Assembly (NCBI GenBank): GCA_963664705.1
Contig: OY761556.1
Location: forward strand, 6,080,001 to 6,144,000
DNA length: 64,000 nt
Origin: Acidobacteriota bacterium
GTDB taxonomy: Bacteria; Acidobacteriota; UBA6911
Reading direction: 5' to 3'
Shown here: piece by piece, positions 48,778 through 59,518 of the stretch
How positions within the stretch are numbered: position 1 is the stretch's first letter
Layout of the letters: every line of letters begins with the position of its first letter
Notes under the pieces: generated by a model
The model's database searches: none
Told to the model about the DNA's origin: nothing
The model's input: only the letters and a program-made list of their open reading frames with translations
Translations under genes and position numbers: made by a program

Positions 48778-49303
48778 GGCGTTTCCTTACAATATGGTAG
48801 AGAACAAAGGATAGAAGCTACAGACTTGTTGAACGGGCGTCAACTGGAAAAGATGCCTGGAAATGGGGCCAATTACGGAGCCTCGGCCTCCCGGAGGATC
48901 TTGGCAGAGTTGCACATTAGACTCAGTGTCCAAAAAACCCATTCGTAAATCCAAATAGTTGGATTTACGAATGGGCATGGGTTGCCATGAAAACGGGATA
49001 GGGCTGTTAAAATATTGTGAAATAAGCGGTTTAGTTCTACGGCCTGGAAGGGCCTGGTCTGGCATAAAAGATGCTTTGTAGATAGTGGAATTTCCCGTTA
49101 TCCAAGCCTTGGTCCTTGGATTGAAGCTTAAATTGCTTGGGGAGTGTCGTGGGACCGTCTCACGGCGCCAGGGATCCTTGGGTGGTTGGCTTTGTTCAAG
49201 GGCCGGGCTTGGCGTATAAAGTTTGACTGCATCAACCTTCCGCCAATTTAGCGAATCCCGAAATAACCAGGAATACTACTTTTTGCCGAGGGTGAAGCCC
49301 ATC

Positions 49304-49373
49304 GGAGTGCCGTGGCTTGACACCGCCTTCGGCCTGTATGGTTTTCAAAGGCGGCAGCTAGCCGCCGTACTCC
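49304..49373. repeat. REP-like inverted doublet
   Basis: GGAGTGCCGTGGCTTGACACCGCCTT ... AAGGCGGCAGCTAGCCGCCGTACTCC, imperfect inverted arms. Confidence 0.55.
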
Positions 49374-49516
49374 ACAGTTCACCTTCGAGCACGCCTTTTT
49401 GCAATTAGTATGCGGAATAAGTCGGAGCGGCGGGCTTTTTGAAAGCCTGGCCTTGCATGCATGCAGCTATGGCTTGTTGACCTCGAAACTCTTAGGGCAT
49501 AAGCACAATCGTCAAT

Positions 49517-50476
49517 CTACTTGATTTCCGAATAGTACTGAATATACGCATCCTCTTTGAGTTGGGCGATGTAGCGTTCGAGTTCAGGGTTGAACTTCTG
49601 GTCATACAGCCTGTTTTTGATGTAATTGCGAACTTCGTCCAATGGGCGGACGACCGAGAGTTTTCTCACGTCGATATGATAAATAACATAGGCATCCTTT
49701 TCCTTCTGTGGTTTGGACACCTCGCCATCTTTCAGACCGGCAATAGCCTTCACGGTATCGGTGTTCAGCTTGGATAAAAGATAAGTGCCGATGCTGCCGC
49801 CTTTGCTGGCGGTCGATCCGCTGGAATACTGGCTGGCCAGCGTCGGGAAGGACTCGCCCTGTTGCAGCCGCTTGTAAATGTCGTTGGCTCGACCCTCGGC
49901 TTCTGCAGCCCCTCCCTTGGTGGAGATCTCAATGGTACTGAGGGTCACTTCTTCAGGGCTGGAAAATTCGCTGATGTGGTCTTTGTAATATTTTTCCACT
50001 TCGGGCGTGAGCAGCGTAATTTTGGAGGACACAAAATAATCGACCAGCGAATTTACGATGATTTCTTTCCGATATTGTTCCCGGTAATCCTTCAGGTTCA
50101 GCCCCTGTTGTTCCAAGGCCTTCTCGAGGCCTTCGGTATCGCCCAGGTTGTTCTCTTTGATGACTTTTTGAATTGCCGCAGAAACCTGCGATTCGACGTC
50201 CGCGCTGAAACCCAACTCCATGGCCTTCTGATAAAGGAGCTTCTTCTGAACCAGGTTTTCCAGAATCTGTTTCTCGGTTTTTTGCAGGGCCTGTTCCAGT
50301 TCCTCGCCCGAGTACTTGCCGGCAAGTTCCTGGCGATAGGGAGCCATTTCCTGGCTTAAGTCTGACATTGTGATGATGTCGTCGTTTACCTGAGCCAGGA
50401 TACGATCCACGGTTCTTGCTTCCGCGCTGACAAAAGCAATCAGTATCGCCGGAACGATCCAAAGTAATTTTTTCAT
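49517..50476 (-). CDS. SurA/PrsA-like periplasmic parvulin peptidyl-prolyl isomerase
   Basis: Signal peptide, 'DRILAQVNDDIIT', rotamase 'FPTLASQYS....SKGGSIG', 'LKEDAYI'. Confidence 0.88.
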   Translation of the reverse strand: MKKLLWIVPAILIAFVSAEARTVDRILAQVNDDIITMSDLSQEMAPYRQELAGKYSGEELEQALQKTEKQILENLVQKKLLYQKAMELGFSADVESQVSAAIQKVIKENNLGDTEGLEKALEQQGLNLKDYREQYRKEIIVNSLVDYFVSSKITLLTPEVEKYYKDHISEFSSPEEVTLSTIEISTKGGAAEAEGRANDIYKRLQQGESFPTLASQYSSGSTASKGGSIGTYLLSKLNTDTVKAIAGLKDGEVSKPQKEKDAYVIYHIDVRKLSVVRPLDEVRNYIKNRLYDQKFNPELERYIAQLKEDAYIQYYSEIK

Positions 50477-50530
50477 CCGTATTCCCTTTATCATGCCTGG
50501 AGTATGTGGCAAACCCCTATCATACCAAAA

Positions 50531-50565
50531 CAGTAGTCAGTAGTCAGTAGCCAGTAGTCAGTAGT
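50531..50565. repeat. Heptamer tandem repeat (CAGTAGT)x5
   Basis: CAGTAGT CAGTAGT CAGTAGC CAGTAGT CAGTAGT. Confidence 0.85.
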
Positions 50566-50637
50566 TGGGCCTGCCCTGTCTATGTACGCCCAAAGCCATT
50601 GATCGTTCCACAATTCACTGCCCACTGCCTATCAGCG

Positions 50638-53600
50638 CTACATCCGGATCTCATCCAAAATTTTGTTTATGGAGTCGAACAGCATATCGGGGTGCAGATC
50701 CGGGACATCGAGTGTCAGCAAGCCTTGTGGCGAGAAGCGCGCCTTCTTGTTTCGTGTCACGAGCTTCAATAGCTTGTCGGCGTCAACTTTGGATTGATCC
50801 ACAAATCGGAAAAACACCTGGCTCTTGTTCTTTTCGATCGACTGAATCTGGAGAGCCAGTGTCTCCTGTCTTAAGCGGGCATAGCGGAACAGATGATCCA
50901 CCGGCGCCGGGTACTGGCCAAAACGGTCCACCATTTCCTGCCGAAGCCCGTCCAGTTCTTCATCGGATGAAGCCGAGGAAATCCTTTTGTACATTCGAAG
51001 CCGCTGCCCCGAATCGGCGATATACGATTCCGGTATCCGAATATCCAGGTTGAGGTTGATGCTGGTGGCAATCTCCTCTTCCGGTTTCTCTCCGCGCAAT
51101 TCTTCAACGGTCCGCTCCAATAGCTGACAATAAAGGTCGAATCCGACCGCTTCTATATGTCCGTGTTGTTCGCCGCCAAGCAGGTTGCCGGCACCCCGTA
51201 TTTCCAAGTCCAGGGCGGCGACTCGGAATCCCATGCCGAGATCGCTGAATTCCCGGATGGCGGCGAGTCGCTTGCGGGCGACTTCGGAGAGCGCTTCATC
51301 GGAGGGAACAAGTAAATATGCATATGCGCGTCGATCACTCCTGCCGACTCTGCCGCGCAGCTGATACAACTGCGACAGCCCGTAAAGATCGGCCCGATCC
51401 ACGATGATGGTATTGACTCGCGGGATATCCAGCCCGTTCTCAATAATGGTGGTGGCCACCAGGACATCGAGCTGATCCTCGACGAACTTCAGCATGATTT
51501 TTTCCAGTTCGCGCTCCTGCATCTGTCCGTGGGCGATGCCTATTCGGGCCTGCGGCACCAGTTGCTGGACTCTGGCGGCAATCGAGTGAATGCTTTCAAC
51601 GCGGTTGTGCACAAAATACACCTGGCCGTTTCGGGCAAGTTCCATTTCAATTGCAGAGCGGACAACATCCGGACTGTATTTCAGGACGGAGGTCTGAATT
51701 GCAAGGCGGTTCTTCGGCGGAGTTTCGATGGTCGACATGTCCCGCAACCCGAGCAGCGCCATATTCAATGTCCGTGGGATAGGTGTGGCGGATAGCGTCA
51801 ACACGTCCACCTGCGTCTTCAATGACTTCAGTCGCTCTTTGTGCGTCACTCCGAATCGCTGTTCTTCGTCGACAACAATCAATCCGAGATCCTTGAACGC
51901 CACATCCTTAGAAAGAAGCCTGTGGGTGCCCACGACCACATCGACTCGCCCCATCTCCAGGTCCTCGAGGACCTGTTTCTGCTCTTTGGGGCTTCGGAAT
52001 CGGGAGAGAAGCTGTATTCGCACCGGGAAAGAAGTGAATCGACCCTTCAAGGTGTTGTAGTGCTGGAATGCCAGCACCGTGGTTGGCGCCAGCACTGCAG
52101 CCTGTTTGCCGTCCATAACAGCTTTGAATGCGGCCCGCATGGCAACTTCCGTTTTTCCGTACCCGACATCGCCGCAGAGGAGGCGATCCATCGGCCGAGG
52201 CGCTTCCATGTCGCTCTTGACTGCGGAAAGAGCATCCGCTTGGTCTCGAGTCAGTTCGAATTCGAAGGCGTCCTCAAATTCCTGCTGCCAAGGGGTATCC
52301 GAGGAGAAGGAATACCCTGAGATAGTCTGCCGTTGCGCATACAGCTTCAGAAGCTCTTCCGCCATATCCCGCATGGATTTTTTAATGCGGGATTTTGTTT
52401 TCGACCAACTGGTGCTGCCCAGGCGGTCGAGAGTCGGCCGGGAGCCGCCCATGCTGCTGTATTTTTGAATCAGGTCGAGTCGTTCCACCGGGACGTACAG
52501 CTTGGCATCGTCCTGGTATGTCAGGAGGACAAACTCCTTTGAAGAGCCTTCCTGCAGTCCGATGGTCTTCAGCCCGTTAAAAAGCCCGATTCCATGGTCC
52601 ATGTGGACGACATAGTCGCCCGGCTTGAGATCCCTGAAGTCCGAAATAAACAGGTTCCGTTGAGCTGATTTGCTTTTCCGTGGCGCCTGGCCGACATCCG
52701 CCTCGTCAAACAGGTCATTGCTGGTCAGCACCCGGAAGTTGGCGGCGGGCAGGAAATAGCCGGCATGCAGATTACCGATGCCGAGTAGAATGGTTCCTGC
52801 CTCAGTGCCTTCCAAAGAGGGATACTCTCCCGGGCGACAAAGATGTGCCGGCAATTCGTATTCCTTCAGAATGTCATTCATGCGTTCGGCGCGGCCGAGG
52901 TTGGCAACAATGAACGCGATGGTCTCTCCCGATGCCCGGAATTTTTTCAGATCTTCAATCAGCTCTCGGATGTTCCCGTGGTATTTCCGCGTTGTCTGTG
53001 ATGCGAAATAGACCGGGGCATCGCCGGAAGGCGCCACGCCCAGTTCTTCGACCTCAATGCGGGCAAATCGGTCCATCCCTGTGCGGAAATCTTCGGTAGC
53101 AACATAGATCTGATCCGGAGCAAGAACCGGCTTGTGAGCCTCGACTCGGTCCACAAATTTTTCATAGAGCTCTGCGTGATGCTTCTCGAGCGTGGCTTCC
53201 AGAACTTCGCGTTCCACAACAATCAGCCGATAGCCGCGTATGTAGTCGAAGAGGGTTTTCTCGAGCGGGTCGGCGGCGGGCAGCAAAAACTCAAATGCCG
53301 GGAACATCTCGCCCTGCCGGGCGAGTGAGAGTTCCTCCTGGAGGTGCGGCATAAATGGATCGCTCCAGAAGGAGGACGCTTTTGCCGCCCATTCCCGCAA
53401 TAATTCGCGGCGGAAGCAGTATTCGCGCATGGGGATAATTTCAACCGTGCGCGCGGTTTCAATGGATCGTTGGGAGTCGACATCAAAGCTTCGGATGGAT
53501 TCAATCCGGTCCCCGAAGAACTCAAGGCGTACGGGATGTTCGAGGTGAGGCGGAAATACGTCGAGAATTCCCCCTCGCAGCGAAAACTCCCCAGGGTCGG

Positions 53601-54096
53601 TCACGGGATCGTCCTCGATATATCCGGATTCGAACAGATACTCGCGGATCATATCGGGAGACATATCCTCTTCCTGCTTCAGCATGAGGCAGTAATTCAG
53701 GAAGCGTTCCGGGGCATGCAGTCGGACGGAGGCGGCACGAACGGATGCCACCAGAACTTTGGGGCCGTCTTGCAGCAGTTGCCAGAGGGCTTTTGCTCGA
53801 GCTGCAGCCGTTTCGGGATGCGGCGACAGACCGCGGTATGGATCCACTTCGAGGCTGGGCAGGTGGATGACACTGACCGGGGAAGGGGAAAGCAGATCAA
53901 TATAAAAACGAAGCTCCTGGGCAAGGCTCAGTGCTTCGGCGTTCGACGGAGTAATGACTGTGGCAGGCCGGTTTTCGGTGAGGATGGCTTTTGCGATCGA
54001 GAGACCTTTAGCTCCGCCGGCAGCCCCTGCGACGGTAAGGACACGAATCCCTTCCTCGAGGCGTGCCGCCACCTGCTGCAGGGCTCCACTCCCCAT
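50638..54096 (-). CDS. mfd: Transcription-repair coupling factor
   Basis: UvrB-like N-terminus, CarD/RID 'GDYVVHMDHGIG', 'GDVGYGKTEVA', 'DEEQRFGV', 'QLRGRVGRS', TRCF C-terminus. The true start may lie slightly upstream. Confidence 0.97.
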   Translation of the reverse strand: MGSGALQQVAARLEEGIRVLTVAGAAGGAKGLSIAKAILTENRPATVITPSNAEALSLAQELRFYIDLLSPSPVSVIHLPSLEVDPYRGLSPHPETAAARAKALWQLLQDGPKVLVASVRAASVRLHAPERFLNYCLMLKQEEDMSPDMIREYLFESGYIEDDPVTDPGEFSLRGGILDVFPPHLEHPVRLEFFGDRIESIRSFDVDSQRSIETARTVEIIPMREYCFRRELLREWAAKASSFWSDPFMPHLQEELSLARQGEMFPAFEFLLPAADPLEKTLFDYIRGYRLIVVEREVLEATLEKHHAELYEKFVDRVEAHKPVLAPDQIYVATEDFRTGMDRFARIEVEELGVAPSGDAPVYFASQTTRKYHGNIRELIEDLKKFRASGETIAFIVANLGRAERMNDILKEYELPAHLCRPGEYPSLEGTEAGTILLGIGNLHAGYFLPAANFRVLTSNDLFDEADVGQAPRKSKSAQRNLFISDFRDLKPGDYVVHMDHGIGLFNGLKTIGLQEGSSKEFVLLTYQDDAKLYVPVERLDLIQKYSSMGGSRPTLDRLGSTSWSKTKSRIKKSMRDMAEELLKLYAQRQTISGYSFSSDTPWQQEFEDAFEFELTRDQADALSAVKSDMEAPRPMDRLLCGDVGYGKTEVAMRAAFKAVMDGKQAAVLAPTTVLAFQHYNTLKGRFTSFPVRIQLLSRFRSPKEQKQVLEDLEMGRVDVVVGTHRLLSKDVAFKDLGLIVVDEEQRFGVTHKERLKSLKTQVDVLTLSATPIPRTLNMALLGLRDMSTIETPPKNRLAIQTSVLKYSPDVVRSAIEMELARNGQVYFVHNRVESIHSIAARVQQLVPQARIGIAHGQMQERELEKIMLKFVEDQLDVLVATTIIENGLDIPRVNTIIVDRADLYGLSQLYQLRGRVGRSDRRAYAYLLVPSDEALSEVARKRLAAIREFSDLGMGFRVAALDLEIRGAGNLLGGEQHGHIEAVGFDLYCQLLERTVEELRGEKPEEEIATSINLNLDIRIPESYIADSGQRLRMYKRISSASSDEELDGLRQEMVDRFGQYPAPVDHLFRYARLRQETLALQIQSIEKNKSQVFFRFVDQSKVDADKLLKLVTRNKKARFSPQGLLTLDVPDLHPDMLFDSINKILDEIRM

Positions 54097-54190
54097 CGCT
54101 CCTTCGAAGGTCTTCTTCAGTTCAATCAGTTCCGTCTCCGTAGCATTGCAAAAAAAACCGGTGCCAGATCATTTCAGCTTCGACCGCGGG

Positions 54191-54679
54191 CTATTTCTTT
54201 CCGAAGCGATCCAGAACGCGACGTATGATATCGGTTGTGGAAGAACCTTCCACCAGGGGGACATTCAATACAACGCCGCCCGCCTTTTCAACCGTGTCTC
54301 GCCCAACAATGTGTTCAATGCCCCAGTCCGCGCCCTTTACCAGTACATCCGGAACGATCGCATCGATTACCTGCTTCGGCGTGGGGTCATCGAAAATGCA
54401 GACGGCATCCACGCACGCAAGAGATGAAAGAACTTCAGCTCTCTCGAATTCGGGGATGACCGGGCGGGATTCTCCCTTGATTTCGCGGACGGAACGGTCG
54501 CTGTTTATGGCCACGATCAAGGCATCTCCCAAAGCTCTGGCTGCATTTAAATACCGGATATGCCCGACGTGCAGAATATCAAAACAGCCATTTGTGAAAA
54601 CAACTCTTTTGCCCAGTTCCCGGAGTCGGGTCCGCTGCAGAACAACTTCAGAAAGGCTTTGTATTTTTTGGACGGCCAT
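54191..54679 (-). CDS. rfaE2: D-glycero-beta-D-manno-heptose 1-phosphate adenylyltransferase (HldE C-terminal-like)
   Basis: '[14 protein letters not shown]', 'NSDRSV..IKG..RP', 'PDVLVKGAD', 'STTDII'. Confidence 0.92.
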   Translation of the reverse strand: MAVQKIQSLSEVVLQRTRLRELGKRVVFTNGCFDILHVGHIRYLNAARALGDALIVAINSDRSVREIKGESRPVIPEFERAEVLSSLACVDAVCIFDDPTPKQVIDAIVPDVLVKGADWGIEHIVGRDTVEKAGGVVLNVPLVEGSSTTDIIRRVLDRFGKK

Positions 54680-54764
54680 AGCAAGGTTCGAGGATAGCAG
54701 ATGCAATAGGATGCGGCAAGATTCAGAAACCGGTATTCATTGGGAGCGCCGTGGTGGGAGCAGA

Positions 54765-55442
54765 TTATCGTTTTCTCCGATGCGGGCCGATTTGGATGTC
54801 GACCTGGATCAGATTGGGCGAGGATGTTCGAATGGAGCTATCTTTGATGTTCAGGCCGACAAAGAACCTTAAGGGCTGTTTCTGTTCGCTGACCGAAACC
54901 GGTTCGGTGGTCAATTCACGTATTCCCTCAATGTGAGAACGCGGACCGGTAATGGTTGCGGTGGCTGGTCTGGAGGCGCGCTCCAAGATCTCAAACCCTC
55001 GCACCGGTTCTCCCCGCACCGGAACGACAATCGGTACCTCTTTTGAAATCGTCCGTTCCAGGGTCAGGATTACTCGCGAGGGCTGCACCTGAGTTACCTC
55101 TATGCCTGAGCCTTTTGTGATTTTCACATTTTCCGGCGTGAGGGTGATGACGTGTTCCCCTTCCTTCGCTCCGGAGAGATCCACCATGCAGGTTGTTGGC
55201 ACCGGCTGGTTCAGCAGCAGATCCGATAATGCCGCGCCTCTCACCGTCACCTCCACGGACGTGGGATCCTCCCGCGTGATTTCCATATGCCGAGGCAGTT
55301 GCACCTCCAGCGGTACTCCCCGGATCACCCTTTGAAGACCGGGCTCGCTTCGGACAATCAGCCACAGCATCATGGCGAGGAGAAGCGCCGTGACCTTCAG
55401 TGTCCAGTTTTCCAGGATGTACTCTCTGACAAGACGTCTCAT
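54765..55442 (-). CDS. cdaR: CdaA regulator (YbbR-like)
   Basis: N-terminal TM 'ENWTLKVTALLLAMMLW', YbbR repeats, overlap with cdaA. Confidence 0.85.
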   Translation of the reverse strand: MRRLVREYILENWTLKVTALLLAMMLWLIVRSEPGLQRVIRGVPLEVQLPRHMEITREDPTSVEVTVRGAALSDLLLNQPVPTTCMVDLSGAKEGEHVITLTPENVKITKGSGIEVTQVQPSRVILTLERTISKEVPIVVPVRGEPVRGFEILERASRPATATITGPRSHIEGIRELTTEPVSVSEQKQPLRFFVGLNIKDSSIRTSSPNLIQVDIQIGPHRRKR

Positions 55443-56254
55443 ACGGCTTTCCGGTGCTGGTCGACAAAGCGGGATATGTGAGAGATGGATTTTCCCTCCG
55501 CCGCATTCTGCAGTGCAGCGCGCAGGCTGGCTCCATCAAGATCGCGCGTGATTTTGCCTCCAATCGCCAGCGAGATGGTACCGGTCTCCTCCGATACGAT
55601 GATGGCGACGGCGTCTGTTTCTTCCGTAATGCCGATGGCCGCCCGATGCCGTGTGCCCAGTTCTTTGCTGAGGTACGGATCCAGCGTTAATGGCAGGAAG
55701 CAGCCGGCCGCAACAATGCGGTTATGCTGCACGATGACCGCCCCGTCGTGCAGTGGCGTGTTCGGGACGAAAATGGTGACCAGAAGATCGTAGGTGAGCA
55801 TTGCATCCAGCGCAATTCCGCTTTCCACGTAATTACGAAGGCCGATATCCCGTTCCAGGACAACCAGCGCTCCAATTTTCTTTGAAGCGAGGGTGGTGGC
55901 TGCAAGGACGATTTCTTCGAAGCCCTCATTTTTTTTCCGTCGCTGATGTCCCCATATGGATGTCTTGCCCAGTCCGGCCAACCCCCGCCTGATCTCGCTC
56001 TGGTAGAGCACAATGACGGCAAAAACAATATAGGTGAGTACATTCGACAGCAGCCACTGGACGGCGGTCAGGCGATAGAAACGCGTCACCCAGTAGAAAA
56101 GCAGAAGGGTGACAATGCCCAGCGTCATCTGCATGCCGCGCGTCCCGCGCATCAACAGCAGGAAGCGATAGATAATGAAGGCCACGAGAAGGATGTCGAT
56201 GCAGTCTCGAATTGAGAATGGAGTGAAACGGAAGAATTCCAGCAATGAGTCCAT
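55439..56254 (-). CDS. cdaA: Diadenylate cyclase
   Basis: Three N-terminal TM helices and the DAC motifs 'PLHDGAVI' and 'LGTRHRAAIG'. Confidence 0.95.
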   Translation of the reverse strand: MDSLLEFFRFTPFSIRDCIDILLVAFIIYRFLLLMRGTRGMQMTLGIVTLLLFYWVTRFYRLTAVQWLLSNVLTYIVFAVIVLYQSEIRRGLAGLGKTSIWGHQRRKKNEGFEEIVLAATTLASKKIGALVVLERDIGLRNYVESGIALDAMLTYDLLVTIFVPNTPLHDGAVIVQHNRIVAAGCFLPLTLDPYLSKELGTRHRAAIGITEETDAVAIIVSEETGTISLAIGGKITRDLDGASLRAALQNAAEGKSISHISRFVDQHRKAV

Positions 56255-56316
56255 GTAGTGGGTTCACTCCCGAGGATCCCTGATGGGATCAACACTCGTC
56301 CTGTTTCAGCAAAATG

Positions 56317-57186
56317 CTATTCCTGGCGAATCATTACATCCGTAACATCGGTGACTTCGCGAACGGCCGCGACGTCATGCACCCGCACGATATGTGCCCC
56401 AAAAATAATAGATGCAGTTACCGTTGCACAGGTTCCCAAAACCAGTTCACTGGCAGGCTTTTTGATAACAGAGCCGATGAATGATTTCCGGGACGTCCCC
56501 ACCAGTAGGGGGAATCCGGCAGCGGCGAGCCGGTCCAGATTGCGAATCAGCTCAAAATTCTGGGCGGCCGTTTTCCCAAACCCGATACCCGGGTCGAGCA
56601 CAATCTTATCTGAGGATACACCAGAGTTTTTGGCGCGCGCAACGGCTTCTTGCGCCCAGACGTCCACATCGCGCAGGATGTCCTCGCTGGGCGGGATCTT
56701 CTGCATGTTGTTGGGTTCGCCGCGCATGTGCATCAGCACCACCGCCGCTCCGTGCCTGGCGACTTCCGCTCCGATGCCCGGATCCTTCTGCAGTGCGCTG
56801 ATGTCGTTGATGATGCAGGCGCCCGCATCCAGTGCGGCCTTGGCCACCTCCGCCTTTGATGTGTCGACCGAAATCGGAATGGGATATTTCCTGCCGGCTG
56901 CCAGTGCCTCCAGCGTCGGGATTACGCGCCGCAATTCCTCCTCGGTGCCGACGCCCTGCGAACCGGGGCGAGTGGACTCTCCTCCGATGTCCAGTATGTC
57001 CGCGCCTTGTTCGGCAATCTGCCATGCACGGTCTACCGCTGCCGTGTGTTCAAAGAACTTCCCTTTATCCGAAAAGGAATCCGGCGTGATATTCAGGATG
57101 CCCATAACCAAAGTTCTATCGCCCAATTCCAGGGTCCACTCTCCGGCGTGAAGCGTAAAGCGCTTTCGTGAACACAGTTCAGCCAT
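56317..57186 (-). CDS. folP: Dihydropteroate synthase
   Basis: 'MGILNITPDSFSD', 'DIGGESTRPG', 'DPGIGFGK', 'GTSRKS', 'RVHDV'. AGGAGG RBS. Confidence 0.96.
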   Translation of the reverse strand: MAELCSRKRFTLHAGEWTLELGDRTLVMGILNITPDSFSDKGKFFEHTAAVDRAWQIAEQGADILDIGGESTRPGSQGVGTEEELRRVIPTLEALAAGRKYPIPISVDTSKAEVAKAALDAGACIINDISALQKDPGIGAEVARHGAAVVLMHMRGEPNNMQKIPPSEDILRDVDVWAQEAVARAKNSGVSSDKIVLDPGIGFGKTAAQNFELIRNLDRLAAAGFPLLVGTSRKSFIGSVIKKPASELVLGTCATVTASIIFGAHIVRVHDVAAVREVTDVTDVMIRQE

Positions 57187-57255
57187 GGCAGTTTTCCTCC
57201 TTCGCGGGACTCGCGCAGGTGCTTTCTTGCAGCAGAGTACGCAGACTATGGGCAA

Positions 57256-57292
57256 AAAAATAAGGACGGCTCAGAAAGCCGTCCTTATTTTA
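57256..57292 (-). terminator. Intrinsic terminator after ftsH
   Basis: AAAAATAAGGACGGCT / AGCCGTCCTTATTTTT. Confidence 0.85.
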
Positions 57293-57313
57293 CTACGATG
57301 TCCTGCATAGGAA

Positions 57314-59239
57314 CTATGCGGGAGCGGGTTTCCCTTTGGGGTTCATGAGTTGAGGGAGAGGCGTGTGTCCGGAATTCTTCTCTTTTTCCTTCGCCGTCTT
57401 TCCGTCATCAACGTCCGAACTGGCTTCCGGTTTTGCCTTCAGCGGCTGACCCTTGATAATGGCTTCGATGTCGCAACTGTCCAGCGTTTCGTATTCCAGA
57501 AGAGCTTCCGCGAGGCGAATCAGGCTTTCACGGTTTTCTTCCAGAGTTTTTGATGCCCGCGCATATCCCTGTTCCACGATCCGTTTTACTTCCTGATCGA
57601 TTCGGATGGCCGTGTCTTCGCTGTAATCACGGTGCTGCGCGATTTCCCTGCCCAGGAATATCTGTTCTTCCTTTTTTCCGAAGGTTAGCGGGCCCATGGC
57701 CGGGCTCATGCCCCATTCGGTCACCATCTTGCGAGCGCGTTCGGTAGCGACTTCGATGTCGTTGGCAGCCCCGGTCGTCTCGAGGTCCAGGAACATCTTT
57801 TCCGCGCAACGGCCGCCCATGAGAATGGCAATCTGGCCCTCAACAAATTCTTTTGTGTAATTGTGCTTGTCGGTTTCCGGAAGCTGCTGTGTCAATCCAA
57901 GCGCCATTCCGCGCGGGATGATGGTTACCTTGTGAAGCGGATCGCTTCCCGGAATCATGAAAGCCACCATGGCGTGTCCGGCTTCGTGATAAGCCGTAAC
58001 CTTTTTGTCGCTTTCGGTAATCACCATGGATTTCCGTTCCTTGCCCATCAGAACTTTATCCTTGGCTCCCTCAAAATCACTCATGGCAACAACTTTGCGA
58101 TTGTAACGGGCGGCATTCAGAGCCGCTTCATTGACCAGATTCGCAAGGGAAGCACCGGAGAATCCGGGCGTGCCGCGGGCGATCACCGAAACATTGACAT
58201 CATCCGCAATCGGGATCTTGCGCGTGTGCACTTTCAGAATCCCTTCGCGCCCGCGAATATCGGGCAGCGGCACAACGACCTGCCGATCGAACCGGCCCGG
58301 TCGGAGCAAGGCCGGGTCAAGAACATCCGGTCGGTTGCTGGCGGCAATAAGGATGACGCCGTCATTGGACTCAAATCCGTCCATTTCAACAAGCAGCTGG
58401 TTCAGCGTCTGTTCTCGTTCGTCATGTCCGCCGCCAAGACCCGCGCCGCGGTGCCTGCCGACCGCATCGATTTCGTCGATGAAAATGATGCAGGGCGCGT
58501 TCTTTTTGCCCTGCTCAAACAGATCTCGGACCCTGCTGGCTCCAACACCAACAAACATTTCCACGAAATCCGAACCGCTGATGGAAAAGAAAGGCACATT
58601 GGCTTCGCCGGCTATTGCGCGGGCGAGAAGGGTCTTCCCGGTTCCGGGAGGTCCCATTAGGAGAACACCTTTCGGGATTCTGCCCCCCAGCTTCTGGAAT
58701 TTTTGGGGTTCCTTGAGAAACTCAATAATCTCCGTGAGCTCCTCTTTAGCCTCCTCGACTCCAGCCACATCCTTAAATGTCACTTTCTTCTGCTGACTGG
58801 ACATGAGCCGGGCGCGGCTTTTGCCAAAAGACAGCGCCTTGTTGCCGCCGCTCTGCATTTGCCTCATCAGGAAAATCCAGAAACCGATCAGCAGGAGCAG
58901 TGGCAGCCAGGATGAGAGGAATATGGAAAGCAGCGAGGAGTTCGAGGATTTTTCGAACTTAACAAAAACACCATTGTTCTGCAGGTCCTTAAATAGATCC
59001 CAACTGGCTTCGGCCGGTATGGTGGTCTTGAATTTCTTGCCGCTAATGTCCTCTCCCGTAAGGTCTTCGCCGATTATTGTGACCGCTTTGACCTTTTTTG
59101 CGGAAACATCCTGGTAGAAGGCGGAAAAGTCCTTCTCTTCAATATTGACATCGTGGATGTTGTAGAACAGTTGCCATAAAAGGACTAGTGACACAACTAT
59201 TGCCAACCAGACCAGTATGTTCTTCAGATTGGTGCTCAA
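57314..59239 (-). CDS. ftsH: ATP-dependent zinc metalloprotease FtsH
   Basis: Two TM helices, 'GPPGTGKT', 'FIDEID', SRH 'RPGRFD', 'HEAGH'. TTG start with GGAGG RBS. Confidence 0.98.
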   Translation of the reverse strand: MSTNLKNILVWLAIVVSLVLLWQLFYNIHDVNIEEKDFSAFYQDVSAKKVKAVTIIGEDLTGEDISGKKFKTTIPAEASWDLFKDLQNNGVFVKFEKSSNSSLLSIFLSSWLPLLLLIGFWIFLMRQMQSGGNKALSFGKSRARLMSSQQKKVTFKDVAGVEEAKEELTEIIEFLKEPQKFQKLGGRIPKGVLLMGPPGTGKTLLARAIAGEANVPFFSISGSDFVEMFVGVGASRVRDLFEQGKKNAPCIIFIDEIDAVGRHRGAGLGGGHDEREQTLNQLLVEMDGFESNDGVILIAASNRPDVLDPALLRPGRFDRQVVVPLPDIRGREGILKVHTRKIPIADDVNVSVIARGTPGFSGASLANLVNEAALNAARYNRKVVAMSDFEGAKDKVLMGKERKSMVITESDKKVTAYHEAGHAMVAFMIPGSDPLHKVTIIPRGMALGLTQQLPETDKHNYTKEFVEGQIAILMGGRCAEKMFLDLETTGAANDIEVATERARKMVTEWGMSPAMGPLTFGKKEEQIFLGREIAQHRDYSEDTAIRIDQEVKRIVEQGYARASKTLEENRESLIRLAEALLEYETLDSCDIEAIIKGQPLKAKPEASSDVDDGKTAKEKEKNSGHTPLPQLMNPKGKPAPA

Positions 59240-59518
59240 GTAACAAACCTCCCGTGGGAACTTTGGAAGCTGGGCAAATTACCTGCAAAGTCCACAAACC
59301 TAATTATACCAGAGCCATTCAATGGTTTCCTAGGAATGAGATACGTTCAAGGAAGCCCCTGGTGGCATTCCATATATAAGACGTATTCCGCCCTCGCGCC
59401 ATTACATGGAATATAGACAGCGTTTTGTGCCTGCCGGTTGCATAAAAAATGAGAAGAATCAGGGAGGCCCGGGAGCCGGAACCGGAAACTATGCCGCGCA
59501 AAAGACGAGAGATGCCTG

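Noticed and set aside
59240-59518. Remnant of hpt between tilS and ftsH
   Set aside because: hpt is often found here, but no phosphoribosyltransferase-like residues were visible in the gap. It is probably just the ftsH promoter region.
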